From contig RDOC01000004.1 in the NCBI GenBank assembly GCA_011364985.1, forward strand, positions 32,001 to 96,000: DNA of 64,000 nucleotides. Reading direction: 5' to 3'. The notes under the pieces were generated by a model that worked only from the letters and a program-made list of their open reading frames with translations, searched no databases and was not told the DNA's origin. The DNA is from Candidatus Thorarchaeota archaeon (GTDB lineage Archaea > Asgardarchaeota > Thorarchaeia > Thorarchaeales > Thorarchaeaceae). Of the stretch, positions 19,141 to 28,394 are shown in pieces (the first letter of the stretch is position 1; every line of letters begins with the position of its first letter). The translations under genes were made by a program, and so were the position numbers.

Positions 19141-20055
19141 TCAAATCAGTAGAGCGCCTCGCATGACGGTCACCCCAGTTCCACTCACTTTGACCTGTCG
19201 AATACTGTCGGTGTCGCCCTGCACCTCAACGAATATTTTACCCGGTCGTTCCATGAAGTGGCCTTGTTCAATGACAATACTGGTTACCGGAATCGTTGGC
19301 TCCATGAGACCATACCGAATTATGTAGCTTCCAGTGGCTGCTGCGCCTGAACCGGACACAGGATCTTCATTCACACCTAGTCCAGGAGCAAAGTGTCGGG
19401 CGTGAGCATCAGAAGTGACTTCCTTCGTTTCTCTTGTGAAGACCTGAATGGATGCGTAATCAGATGTCCTTTGCAGTTCCTCCAACTTATCCCAATTTGG
19501 CTTGATTCTCTCCATTGAACGCATGGTTGAGAGAGGAATGACAAGATGGGGAATACCGGTACTTACCGTTTGAATCGGGTTTGGTGAAAGAATATCAGCA
19601 AGTGTCAGTCCCAAAGCCTCGGCATAGACTTTGGGGTCATAGGTCTCCATGAATCTAGGTTTTTCATGTGTAATCTGAATCTCATGAACGCCAGTCGATT
19701 CGTTTTTCACAATTTCAACGGCGAGTACTCCTGCATTTGTTTCAAGACTCACCATATTCACTTCTTTCACAACGTCAAGCAGCCCCTCTTCGATGAGGGT
19801 GTGAAATGCCGCAATCGTGGGATGACCAGAGAAGTCTATTTCACTTTTGGGTGTCCAATAATGAAATTTGAAGTTCGCGATCTTTGATGGTTTGACAAAC
19901 ACAGTTTCACGGGGATTCATTTCCGAAGCTATTCTTCGCATTAGGTCTGCATTCAGATTATCCGCCTTGGGTATAACAACGGCAGGATTACCGCTCAATG
20001 GCGAATCAGTGAACGTATCAACTTGTATCACCTTAATTTCACGGCGTCTTTTCAT
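19141..20055 (-). CDS. PhzF/PhzC family isomerase
   Basis: VDTFTDSPLSGNPAVV, EIDFSGH, STG, EDPVSGS, IEQG. Confidence 0.9.
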   Translation of the reverse strand: MKRRREIKVIQVDTFTDSPLSGNPAVVIPKADNLNADLMRRIASEMNPRETVFVKPSKIANFKFHYWTPKSEIDFSGHPTIAAFHTLIEEGLLDVVKEVNMVSLETNAGVLAVEIVKNESTGVHEIQITHEKPRFMETYDPKVYAEALGLTLADILSPNPIQTVSTGIPHLVIPLSTMRSMERIKPNWDKLEELQRTSDYASIQVFTRETKEVTSDAHARHFAPGLGVNEDPVSGSGAAATGSYIIRYGLMEPTIPVTSIVIEQGHFMERPGKIFVEVQGDTDSIRQVKVSGTGVTVMRGALLI

Positions 20056-20234
20056 CTGAAACCACGTATAACGGGTAGAAGACGAGGGCTAATTAAGGGT
20101 TGTATCGAGTAGTCAGTGGGAAGGATAGAGCTGGCAGGCTGTCAAACCTACGAAGCACCTAGAGAAGACGATAGTACAATTCTTTTCGTATCATGCTCAC
20201 AGAGGTAGTCTTGCCATTGTCATGATTTTGGATC

Positions 20235-20388
20235 AGAGAAGAAAGAAAGCAGAAGGTGGCGAGCACGCGGGAAATCGTGGTAGGAGGGGGGAGTTTCGTA
20301 ATTGAGGGCATGTAACGAAAAACTAGCCCACATGCTCGCCTATGCTAAGTATATCGATAGGAATGTGCTCCCACATGCCTACCGTTTA
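20235..20388 (-). ncRNA. Candidate stand-alone structured small RNA
   Basis: Minus-strand TTTAAT box about 25 nt upstream; GGAG-loop hairpin; 14-bp stem 20340-20327/20271-20258 with G-U pairs; pyrimidine tract at 3' end. Confidence 0.45.
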
Positions 20389-20651
20389 TACAAGTTAGCT
20401 TTCTTGGGACCCTATTAAAGTTTGCTTTGTGTCCAAATACTTGAAAGTATATAATATGTTTAAATAAAGATAGGGATCTTCTTTGGTTGCGAAATGGAAG
20501 GAACGAAACGGATATTCCACATCAGAATTCCTGTCCTTAATCCAAGGGAAATAGGAGAACAACACTATTTCTGAGAGAGACCTAGGTGAAAGAAAGGTAA
20601 GTGTGAAGAACTCTATTCTAATCAACCCCTCATGCTGCAATAGCGAACAGT

Positions 20652-22298
20652 CTACGCACCAGTATAGGGCTTGGTGATTGAATCTTCTTCCACCTGCGTT
20701 GGCTTGTGCTTTCCGCGCCATTCGTCAACTGGTTGAGCGAATTTCTTCTCAATTCGTGATCGATGAATTGTATTCATTGTGCAGAACGGGACTATTCGAC
20801 CATCAGGAACTGCATAATTCACATCACAGTGCTGCACTCGTTCCAAATCTAGGTTGTACGGGTCTTGGAAATGCATCATTCCAATCATAATGACACGACG
20901 CATGAACTTCGCCAGAGAATCATAATCGCCTCGGTTTAAGAAGGCACTGAGCAAGTCTTTTAGGATGCCTTTTCTCTTTATGTGTCGGATGCTTCCAGCA
21001 AGCTTCGCCTTGGCCCTCTTGCTTGCTGCCCTCTTCTTCTTCGCGTAAAGGTTGGATATGTCGACAAGGATTTCAATGAATTTGTCGACATCCATCAAAT
21101 TCGTTATAGGCTCATATCTTCCATCTTCATTTATCCAAATGAAAGTAGACATCCCGCAGGCAAAGTGCGTGCTGAGTTCAAGCTCCGGTGCACCTTTCAT
21201 AAGACCGAGAGCTCGCCCAACAGGCATCATAGCAGGAACCGGATACCAAACATCTGCGGGAATCTTACCGCCAGTTTGCTCGTCAATTAGATGGATAACA
21301 TCAGGAATCGTTATCCTCATTTCTTGACGCGAAGCGTGGTCAATTCGTCCAGTAATGCTAACAGGTTGGAAGTTCACACATCGGATGACATCGCTATTCT
21401 CAACCGCATATTCAATAATACCGCCTACTTGATCATCATTTACACCCCTCACAACAGTGGGGACGAGAACAATTGACTCCATGCCCAACTCACGTGCATT
21501 CTGAATAGCCTGCTTCTTAATGGGAAGAAGATCATTGCCTCTTGCTGTGATGTAGGGTTCGGGAGTAACACCGTCAAACTGCATATACACAGTGGAGAGT
21601 CCCGCCTCTCGAAGCTCTTGGAAGTACTTCTTGCTATTTCCGATTCTGATACCATTACTTGCAATCTGTACGTGCTTGAAACCAAGTCCCTTCGCCCATT
21701 TGATGTACTGAGGCAGATGCTTGCTGACAGTGGGTTCGCCTCCGGCAAATTGCAGGGCTGGTGCAGGAACGGGTTCATTTTCTCTAAGGTTCTTCATCAT
21801 GTCAAAGACTTGTTCAGGGGTTGGTTCGTAGATTGTACCGCCTTCTGCTGCTACGGCAAAGCAAATTGGACACCTAAGATTGCATCTATTCGTAACGTCG
21901 AGCAGCGCTAGTGCAGTATGGGATTTGTGCTCTGGGCATTGACCGCAGTCCTCAGGACATCCCTTCACAGTTTCCGTTCGAGGATTGTCCAGACCAACGG
22001 ACTTGAACCACCACCGTGATGCCTCCTTGAACATCGCAGCATCACCCCAATAGACGTCAACGAAATCGCCATGCTTCTCGCATGTTTTTTTGTACATTAC
22101 TTTGCCATCATCTTCGTAGAGCTCTGCATTGATGACATTCACTTCATCATTACTCAAGAAGCATTCAGGGCAGATTGATTGAGTTGTGTAAGGGAGGTCT
22201 CTCGGTGGATACATCTCCACTTTGAATCTCGAAACACCTCCAGCCTTCTCATGAGTTATTGGTTCCTCCGGAACCGGCCTTACATCATCACTTGCCAT
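20652..22298 (-). CDS. tes: Radical SAM tetraether lipid synthase (Tes/GDGT-MAS, MJ0619 family)
   Basis: N-terminal CPEC...CEKH, GCPEDCGQCPEH, CNLRCPIC SAM motif, HFACG, MHFQDPYNLDLERVQHC...PFC. Confidence 0.85.
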   Translation of the reverse strand: MASDDVRPVPEEPITHEKAGGVSRFKVEMYPPRDLPYTTQSICPECFLSNDEVNVINAELYEDDGKVMYKKTCEKHGDFVDVYWGDAAMFKEASRWWFKSVGLDNPRTETVKGCPEDCGQCPEHKSHTALALLDVTNRCNLRCPICFAVAAEGGTIYEPTPEQVFDMMKNLRENEPVPAPALQFAGGEPTVSKHLPQYIKWAKGLGFKHVQIASNGIRIGNSKKYFQELREAGLSTVYMQFDGVTPEPYITARGNDLLPIKKQAIQNARELGMESIVLVPTVVRGVNDDQVGGIIEYAVENSDVIRCVNFQPVSITGRIDHASRQEMRITIPDVIHLIDEQTGGKIPADVWYPVPAMMPVGRALGLMKGAPELELSTHFACGMSTFIWINEDGRYEPITNLMDVDKFIEILVDISNLYAKKKRAASKRAKAKLAGSIRHIKRKGILKDLLSAFLNRGDYDSLAKFMRRVIMIGMMHFQDPYNLDLERVQHCDVNYAVPDGRIVPFCTMNTIHRSRIEKKFAQPVDEWRGKHKPTQVEEDSITKPYTGA

Positions 22299-22415
22299 TT
22301 CATTGCACTCCATTATCGTGATATGTAACCACCACTGAAGCGGGTGGTATTCGGTTCAAGTCCGAACCGATTCGCAATATAACCTTTGCCCGAAGTATCC
22401 GAGTATGAAAAGGGG

Positions 22416-22727
22416 TTACGTGTCTGAGTCCTCTTGAAACAGGACGAATCTCTTTGTAAACCCTCCACGCTGAAATGTCTTGGTTTCCCGTATCTTCTCG
22501 ATCTCTTTCCAAGTAAGTCCTCTGATTCTGATGAGCTCAAGAAGCGCTTCAACAATATCGCCAATCTCTTCTGTTTTCCCAGAGAGCAGTAATTCCTCTG
22601 CCTCTTCAACGACCTTCTTTCGCAGCAAGGAATCGAATTCCGATTGAGATGCAATTCTTACAACAGGTTCTTCACCCGTTTTTCTGATTATTTCGGGAAT
22701 CCGGTCACGAACCAGTTTCTCGGGCAA
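22416..22727 (-). CDS. Nucleoside triphosphate pyrophosphohydrolase (MazG/HisE-like)
   Basis: KLVRDRIPEII, KVVEEAEE, EEIGDIVE, RGGF. Confidence 0.85.
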   Translation of the reverse strand: MPEKLVRDRIPEIIRKTGEEPVVRIASQSEFDSLLRKKVVEEAEELLLSGKTEEIGDIVEALLELIRIRGLTWKEIEKIRETKTFQRGGFTKRFVLFQEDSDT

Positions 22728-22750
22728 GATATATGTCCCTCAGAAACACA

Positions 22751-23422
22751 CTACTTCAAGGCAAGAACCACATCAATGTGAGGTTCGGCTGTCTCAATGA
22801 ATTGATTAACTGCTTCCAATAAGTCGGGAGGTAGGTCATTAGTCCATGGATCTTCTGCGTCGCGCGGAGTCATATAAGCCATCGAGTCAAATGAAAGATA
22901 ACGGGCCCTAAGATCACTATCCAGAGAAACTGTTCCAATCCATTGACCATCATGAATTATCTCATAGGATGGCTTGAACTTAGTAAGGTCATTCGGTACA
23001 ATCGCATTCCAAAAGAAGGACATTCCGTTGAATTGACCAGGCTTCCCAAGGGCAATAGTGTATGTGTCCAAGGATGCCTTCGCATTTTCCAAGTAGTATA
23101 GAATTCCTATACGACAGTTGAGACACTGGTTGAATTCAAGGCCGTCTCCCGAAGGGGTTACGTATGCAATGCCATTCTTCTCGATGTTGTTATCATTACA
23201 ATGAACGCATAGGTTCATACCCCAGCGTACCTCAATATGGTCTTTGAAAGGCTCTTCTAGGAATCTACTGATAGCAGCCCTGAAAACATTGCTTGTTGTT
23301 TCCTCTCCTTCTGACTTCATCTTGTCACGAATGACGGAGAACACTTCCAAAAGATCCTGCCACAGAACATTGAGTATCATATCTGCAAGCTGATCAAGCG
23401 ATCGGTCTTCAAGAGAACTCAT
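22751..23422 (-). CDS. Hypothetical protein with CxxC...CxxC putative Zn site
   Basis: CVHC and CLNC; AGGTGA ribosome-binding site before ATG 23422. Confidence 0.65.
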   Translation of the reverse strand: MSSLEDRSLDQLADMILNVLWQDLLEVFSVIRDKMKSEGEETTSNVFRAAISRFLEEPFKDHIEVRWGMNLCVHCNDNNIEKNGIAYVTPSGDGLEFNQCLNCRIGILYYLENAKASLDTYTIALGKPGQFNGMSFFWNAIVPNDLTKFKPSYEIIHDGQWIGTVSLDSDLRARYLSFDSMAYMTPRDAEDPWTNDLPPDLLEAVNQFIETAEPHIDVVLALK

Positions 23423-23726
23423 TTCTATCACCTGAAGGAGGCCAGCATTTTGAAAGAATGAGAGCCATTCGGGCAATTAAGTCTTGATTGTCTTGAGTCA
23501 GCCAACCCGACATGAGTAAGAGATGGCCAAGTTATTCTAGCCTAAGGTTTTTAACTGAGTCGGAAACCAGAATAAAAGAGCCCAAACAGGAGAGAACAGG
23601 ATGGATTGTCAAATTCACTAATCGGGAGAATTCAAGGCAGTCCGTATTGTTAATGAAGAATCGAACGCCCGCTGCTTTGGGACTTGCTTTTTGCAGGAAG
23701 CTAGTGTGTAGCAAGAGGAGACCATC

Positions 23727-26700
23727 ATGAAGCCACTAGAGAAACGGTATCGACCAGCTGAAGTGGAAAAGGAAATTCTTCGATTTTGGAAAGAGAGCAG
23801 TATCTGTCAGAAAGTTGTCAAATCCAGGGAGACAGGGCCTAATTGGAGCTTTCTCGAAGGGCCCCCGACTACTAACGGATTCATGCATGTAGGTCATGCA
23901 AGAGGACGAGCCATGAAAGATGCACAAATCCGATATATGACCATGAAGGGGTACAACGTATGGCGCCGTGGTGGATGGGACATGCAAGGGCTTCCCGTAG
24001 AACTCGAGGTTGAGAGAAACGAAGGTATAGAAGAGAAGGGACTTATCGATTCTGAAATCGGACTCGACTCGTTCGTTCAGAAGTGCAAGGATCTAGTGGA
24101 TTTCTATTTGGGCAGATGGGTCAAGGACTCGATAAGACTTGGCCTTTGGCTTGATTATGAGACTGCCTATGAAACAAGGAGAGATGACTACATTGAACAT
24201 GTTTGGTATTTTCTCAAACTAGCTAGCGAGAAAGGACTATTGGGAAGAGGATACAGAGTGAATCCCATATGTCCCAGATGTGTAACTGCTTTGTCCGGAC
24301 ATGAGGTTTCTCAGGGATATAGGTCGAAGGTAGATCCATCAATATATGTAAAGCTCAAACTCACTGGAAAGGAGAACGAGTTTCTAGTAATATGGACTAC
24401 TACGCCTTTTACGTTGATATCAAATGAAATGGTATCGGTTCATCCGGACTACAACTATGTGAAAGTCAGAGTGGGCAAAGAAGAATGGTGGCTAGTAGAA
24501 GACCTAGCAGAAGCGGTCTTGGCGAAGGCAGGAATAGAATCCTTTGAAATGCTTGAAACACTCAAAGGAAAGAAGATGCTGGGTTGGAAATATGAACATC
24601 CATTCAAAGAAGAGGTCCCTTGGCATCAACAACATAACGAGAAGTATATGCACGCAGTAGTTACGGGAAAGCACGTCACAGTTGAAGATGGAACAGGACT
24701 GGTCCACACGGCACCCGGCTTCGGCCCAGATGACTTTGAAGTAGGCCGAGAATTTGACGTGCCGGTTCTCGCACCGGTTACCAGTCAGGGCCGTTTCACA
24801 GATGAAGTACCTATGTTCGAAGGGAAGTATGTATTCGACACAAATAGTATCGTTCCACAGATGCTGGAAGCCAAAGGATTGCTGGTGAAGGAAGAAACGA
24901 TAGAACATGAGTATCCACATTGTTGGCGTTGTGACACGCCACTCATCTATCTGGCAGATAAGAATCAATGGTTCCTTAAGATGGAAGAAGTACGAGACAG
25001 ACTCGTGGATCTGAACAAGAAGGTAGGTTGGACGCCGGACTGGGCTGGTACTGGACGTTTTGGCGATTGGTTGGCGAATGCAGATGATTGGTGTATATCA
25101 CGGTCTCGTGTCTGGGGGTCACCACTCCCGGTCTGGGTCTGTGATGACTGCGGTTCAGAAGTAGTGATCGGGTCGCGCGAAGAACTGCGAGAACGTGCGG
25201 TAGAGTTCCCTGAAACATTTGAAATGCATAAGCCGTGGGTTGACAGAGTTATGCTAAAATGCGAGAAATGCGATGGAGAGATGCATAGAGAGTCCTTTGT
25301 GACCGATTGCTGGTTGGATTCAGGTATGGCACATACAGCAAGTGTGGACTATCTGAAGGATCCGAAACTCTTCAATAAGGTCTTTCCGTACGATTTCATA
25401 ACCGAGGCAGTCGACCAGTCACGGGGTTGGTTCTACAGCCTTCTCTATACTTCAGTTGTTATGCATGGCTCAGTCTGTTTCAATGCATGCGTAAGTCAGG
25501 AGCATGTCCTTGATGAAGATGGTGGAAAAATGAGTAAGTCTAAGGGAAACGTGGTTTGGGCGAAGGATGCGCTGGAGGCTGTGAGTGCAGATCCGTTCCG
25601 CCTATTCATGCTTACAAGAGCAGCATCATGGTCCAGAATGAACTATTCTCCAAAAGAGATAGAGCTGACGAGAAAGAAGTTAGATGTGCTTTGGAATGTA
25701 GTCCTCTTTGCTGATACGTATATGGACCTAGACAAATTCGCATATGATGAGGGACGTTTACTCAAAAGCCTCAAGGATGCAGAATTGGAGGACAAATGGC
25801 TTCTCTCTCGTGTACAGAGCATTGTTACCGACTATCATGCATACATGGAGAAATACCTGTGGCATCATGCTGGTCGGCATCTGCTTGATTTCATAACGGA
25901 GGACTTCAGCAGAGTGTATCTTCCACTTGTCAAGAAGAGAGTATGGCTCGACAGTGACAATCCGAAAAAGGTCATGGCGTACGATGTCATGTACTACACC
26001 TTGAGCACCCTATTGAAATGTCTGAATCCATTCATCCCATTTCTGGCGGAGAAGCTCTTTAGGGAGTTTCTGATCAAGTATGACGCAAATCTTCAAGAAT
26101 CAATAAACATGGCGGACTTGCCCGAAACCAACAACAATCTTATGGACTCCGAGATTGAAGCAACCTTCGAAGTGCTTCAGGAGCTAAGAAGTGCTACAAG
26201 TCATGCAAGAAACAAGAAGGGAGTGAAACTGAGGCATCCTGTGGCAAGCGTAGTACTTGTTCCGTCATCCAAGAAGATTGGACGGCGCGCCGCATCTCTT
26301 ACAGACCTGCTTAAGGACAATCTCAATACTCGAGAATTTGAAGTTCATGAAACAGATGTATTGGCAGGATTTGTTGGACTCAAAGTAAAACCAAACTACA
26401 AGGCATTGGGTCCTAAGCTGAAAGGAAACATGAAGAACTTCGTCGCAGCCCTTGAAAAGACGGATGCTGCTAAGCTGAGAGAGGAACTTGAGAATGGTAA
26501 GACCTCATTCAGATTTGGGAAGAAAGCAGTCGTATTAGAGGAAGGAGACCTTGAGTTCGAAGAAAGTATGCCCGAACATCTTAGCCAAGCAGATAGCAAA
26601 TTTGGGAAGGTATACGTTGATATAACTAGGACCAAGGATCTTGAAGCAGAAGGTTTGGTTAGGGATGTAACACGAAGGGTTCAGGTAATGAGGAAGGAGC

Positions 26701-26924
26701 TCGACTTGAACGTGGAACAGCAAATAGAAGTGAGCCTCCAATTCTCTGACAATGAGTCGGTTGAGCTGGTGAAAATGTTTGAGGAGTACCTTGCGGCCGA
26801 AACTCGAGCAGATTCCTTAGAGATACTTGGCCCAGAGAAGAAAGCCTCTTGGAAGAAGTTTAAGCATGTTAAAGAGTGGGATATCGACGAACTTAAGCTG
26901 AAGGTGGGCATGAGTCCCAAGTAG
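23727..26924 (+). CDS. ileS: Isoleucine--tRNA ligase (type 2)
   Basis: HVGH, WTTTP, GTGLVHTAP, DWCISRSRVWG, KMSKSKGN. Confidence 0.97.
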   Translation: MKPLEKRYRPAEVEKEILRFWKESSICQKVVKSRETGPNWSFLEGPPTTNGFMHVGHARGRAMKDAQIRYMTMKGYNVWRRGGWDMQGLPVELEVERNEGIEEKGLIDSEIGLDSFVQKCKDLVDFYLGRWVKDSIRLGLWLDYETAYETRRDDYIEHVWYFLKLASEKGLLGRGYRVNPICPRCVTALSGHEVSQGYRSKVDPSIYVKLKLTGKENEFLVIWTTTPFTLISNEMVSVHPDYNYVKVRVGKEEWWLVEDLAEAVLAKAGIESFEMLETLKGKKMLGWKYEHPFKEEVPWHQQHNEKYMHAVVTGKHVTVEDGTGLVHTAPGFGPDDFEVGREFDVPVLAPVTSQGRFTDEVPMFEGKYVFDTNSIVPQMLEAKGLLVKEETIEHEYPHCWRCDTPLIYLADKNQWFLKMEEVRDRLVDLNKKVGWTPDWAGTGRFGDWLANADDWCISRSRVWGSPLPVWVCDDCGSEVVIGSREELRERAVEFPETFEMHKPWVDRVMLKCEKCDGEMHRESFVTDCWLDSGMAHTASVDYLKDPKLFNKVFPYDFITEAVDQSRGWFYSLLYTSVVMHGSVCFNACVSQEHVLDEDGGKMSKSKGNVVWAKDALEAVSADPFRLFMLTRAASWSRMNYSPKEIELTRKKLDVLWNVVLFADTYMDLDKFAYDEGRLLKSLKDAELEDKWLLSRVQSIVTDYHAYMEKYLWHHAGRHLLDFITEDFSRVYLPLVKKRVWLDSDNPKKVMAYDVMYYTLSTLLKCLNPFIPFLAEKLFREFLIKYDANLQESINMADLPETNNNLMDSEIEATFEVLQELRSATSHARNKKGVKLRHPVASVVLVPSSKKIGRRAASLTDLLKDNLNTREFEVHETDVLAGFVGLKVKPNYKALGPKLKGNMKNFVAALEKTDAAKLREELENGKTSFRFGKKAVVLEEGDLEFEESMPEHLSQADSKFGKVYVDITRTKDLEAEGLVRDVTRRVQVMRKELDLNVEQQIEVSLQFSDNESVELVKMFEEYLAAETRADSLEILGPEKKASWKKFKHVKEWDIDELKLKVGMSPK

Positions 26925-26928
26925 GTTT

Positions 26929-28260
26929 CTAGAGACCTTTCGGATTCCGAACCAAGACATCAATCAAGGTATGAAAGAACTTGGCATTCTGTTGTATGGA
27001 TGAGAGGGAAACCCATTCATTTGGTCCATGTATGTTGGCGCCCTGAGGACCAAAGTCAAACAGCTGCGTTCTGCTTCCGGCAAAGAATCGAGAATCGGAT
27101 GCACCGAATCCTTCGAACAAAAGGATAGGTATGTTTTCCTTTTTCAGAGCCCACTTCGCTGCTCGTATGAGTTTGCAATCCGGATCGGATTTGACAAATC
27201 CTGCTCCACGCTCAGTTTTAAGAGAGAAGAGCTCAACTCCTTCATCGACTGCTTCATGAATGAATTCTTCCACAGCTTCGCTATCATTAGTCATGGCTCG
27301 GATGTCGCAGTAGAGAGTCCACAAACCGTCTTCCAAGGAAATGAGATTTGGTGAAACAATCTTTCCTCTATCTGAATGAAACGTTGGAAATGCGGCTTGG
27401 GAAATTGCAAGAAGGGATTGCATCACTCCTGTTAGATTCTTGTCGAATTCAATCTCAGTCGCGGATTCATCAGGATGAACAAGATCAAGTTCTACCCAAT
27501 CAGGAACGACATTAGATTTGATGAAAGCCCCTTGGATATTCTTCACTTTTACCAATGGATTCAGATCCAGATACTTCGATGCGGCAAGCATTGCATGGCG
27601 GTCCACACCAGGTCGCATGTAAGCAGAATGACGCGAATCAGTGAGAAAGGTTTCAGTTTCGAAGCGTATGGTTTCTTCAGTTCCCCTTATCCTTTCAATT
27701 GATTGCTTGAACTTGATAGAGGTCGGAAGTATGTTTCGTCTTCTATGGATAATCTGTTGGTCAACTCCATCGCAAACTACTAGGTAGTCGGGATAGAGAC
27801 CCTGCTTCCGAAGATGCTCCACCAAGAAACCCGCACCTCTGCTGCCACCTATCTCTTCATCGCCTGTAGCTGCAATCATGACACAACAGCCCGGATCGGC
27901 GGACTGAAGCATTTCAGCCAATAAGAAGAGCGTGAGTACTGCTCCTTTGTCATCAGCGGCGCCCCGCCCATACATCCTGTCACCTTCCACCTTTAGTCTG
28001 AAGGGATCGGATTTCCACTTGTCGCCGACAGGAACCACATCAAAGTGTGCGAGGAAGAGAATCTTGAAATCTCCTTGGCCCTTCCGTCCAAAAGCCGTGT
28101 ACACACCTTCATTCTCAAGGAGTTCGGCCATGAATCCAAGATTCTCTAGCTTTTTGACAATGTATGTTGGACAATCGGAAGAAGGCATCTTCCTAGGAGG
28201 AGAACTCACCGTGTCAAACTCGATGAGACGTTTCATCTCTTTTACAGGGTCAATTAGCAT
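26929..28260 (-). CDS. M20/DapE-ArgE family metallohydrolase
   Basis: AHFDVVP, GRGAADDKG, DEEIG, IHGPNE. Confidence 0.9.
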   Translation of the reverse strand: MLIDPVKEMKRLIEFDTVSSPPRKMPSSDCPTYIVKKLENLGFMAELLENEGVYTAFGRKGQGDFKILFLAHFDVVPVGDKWKSDPFRLKVEGDRMYGRGAADDKGAVLTLFLLAEMLQSADPGCCVMIAATGDEEIGGSRGAGFLVEHLRKQGLYPDYLVVCDGVDQQIIHRRRNILPTSIKFKQSIERIRGTEETIRFETETFLTDSRHSAYMRPGVDRHAMLAASKYLDLNPLVKVKNIQGAFIKSNVVPDWVELDLVHPDESATEIEFDKNLTGVMQSLLAISQAAFPTFHSDRGKIVSPNLISLEDGLWTLYCDIRAMTNDSEAVEEFIHEAVDEGVELFSLKTERGAGFVKSDPDCKLIRAAKWALKKENIPILLFEGFGASDSRFFAGSRTQLFDFGPQGANIHGPNEWVSLSSIQQNAKFFHTLIDVLVRNPKGL

Positions 28261-28394
28261 TTTTGGTCAAGTTACTCAGAAGAAAGGAGATGAAATATCC
28301 ATCGGCCTAGGGAGTTTCTGCCAATAGTTGCATCAAAGAAGAAAGGAATCAGAAGAGCGATGCCAAGATGGCATCACTCAAATCATTGAAAGAA

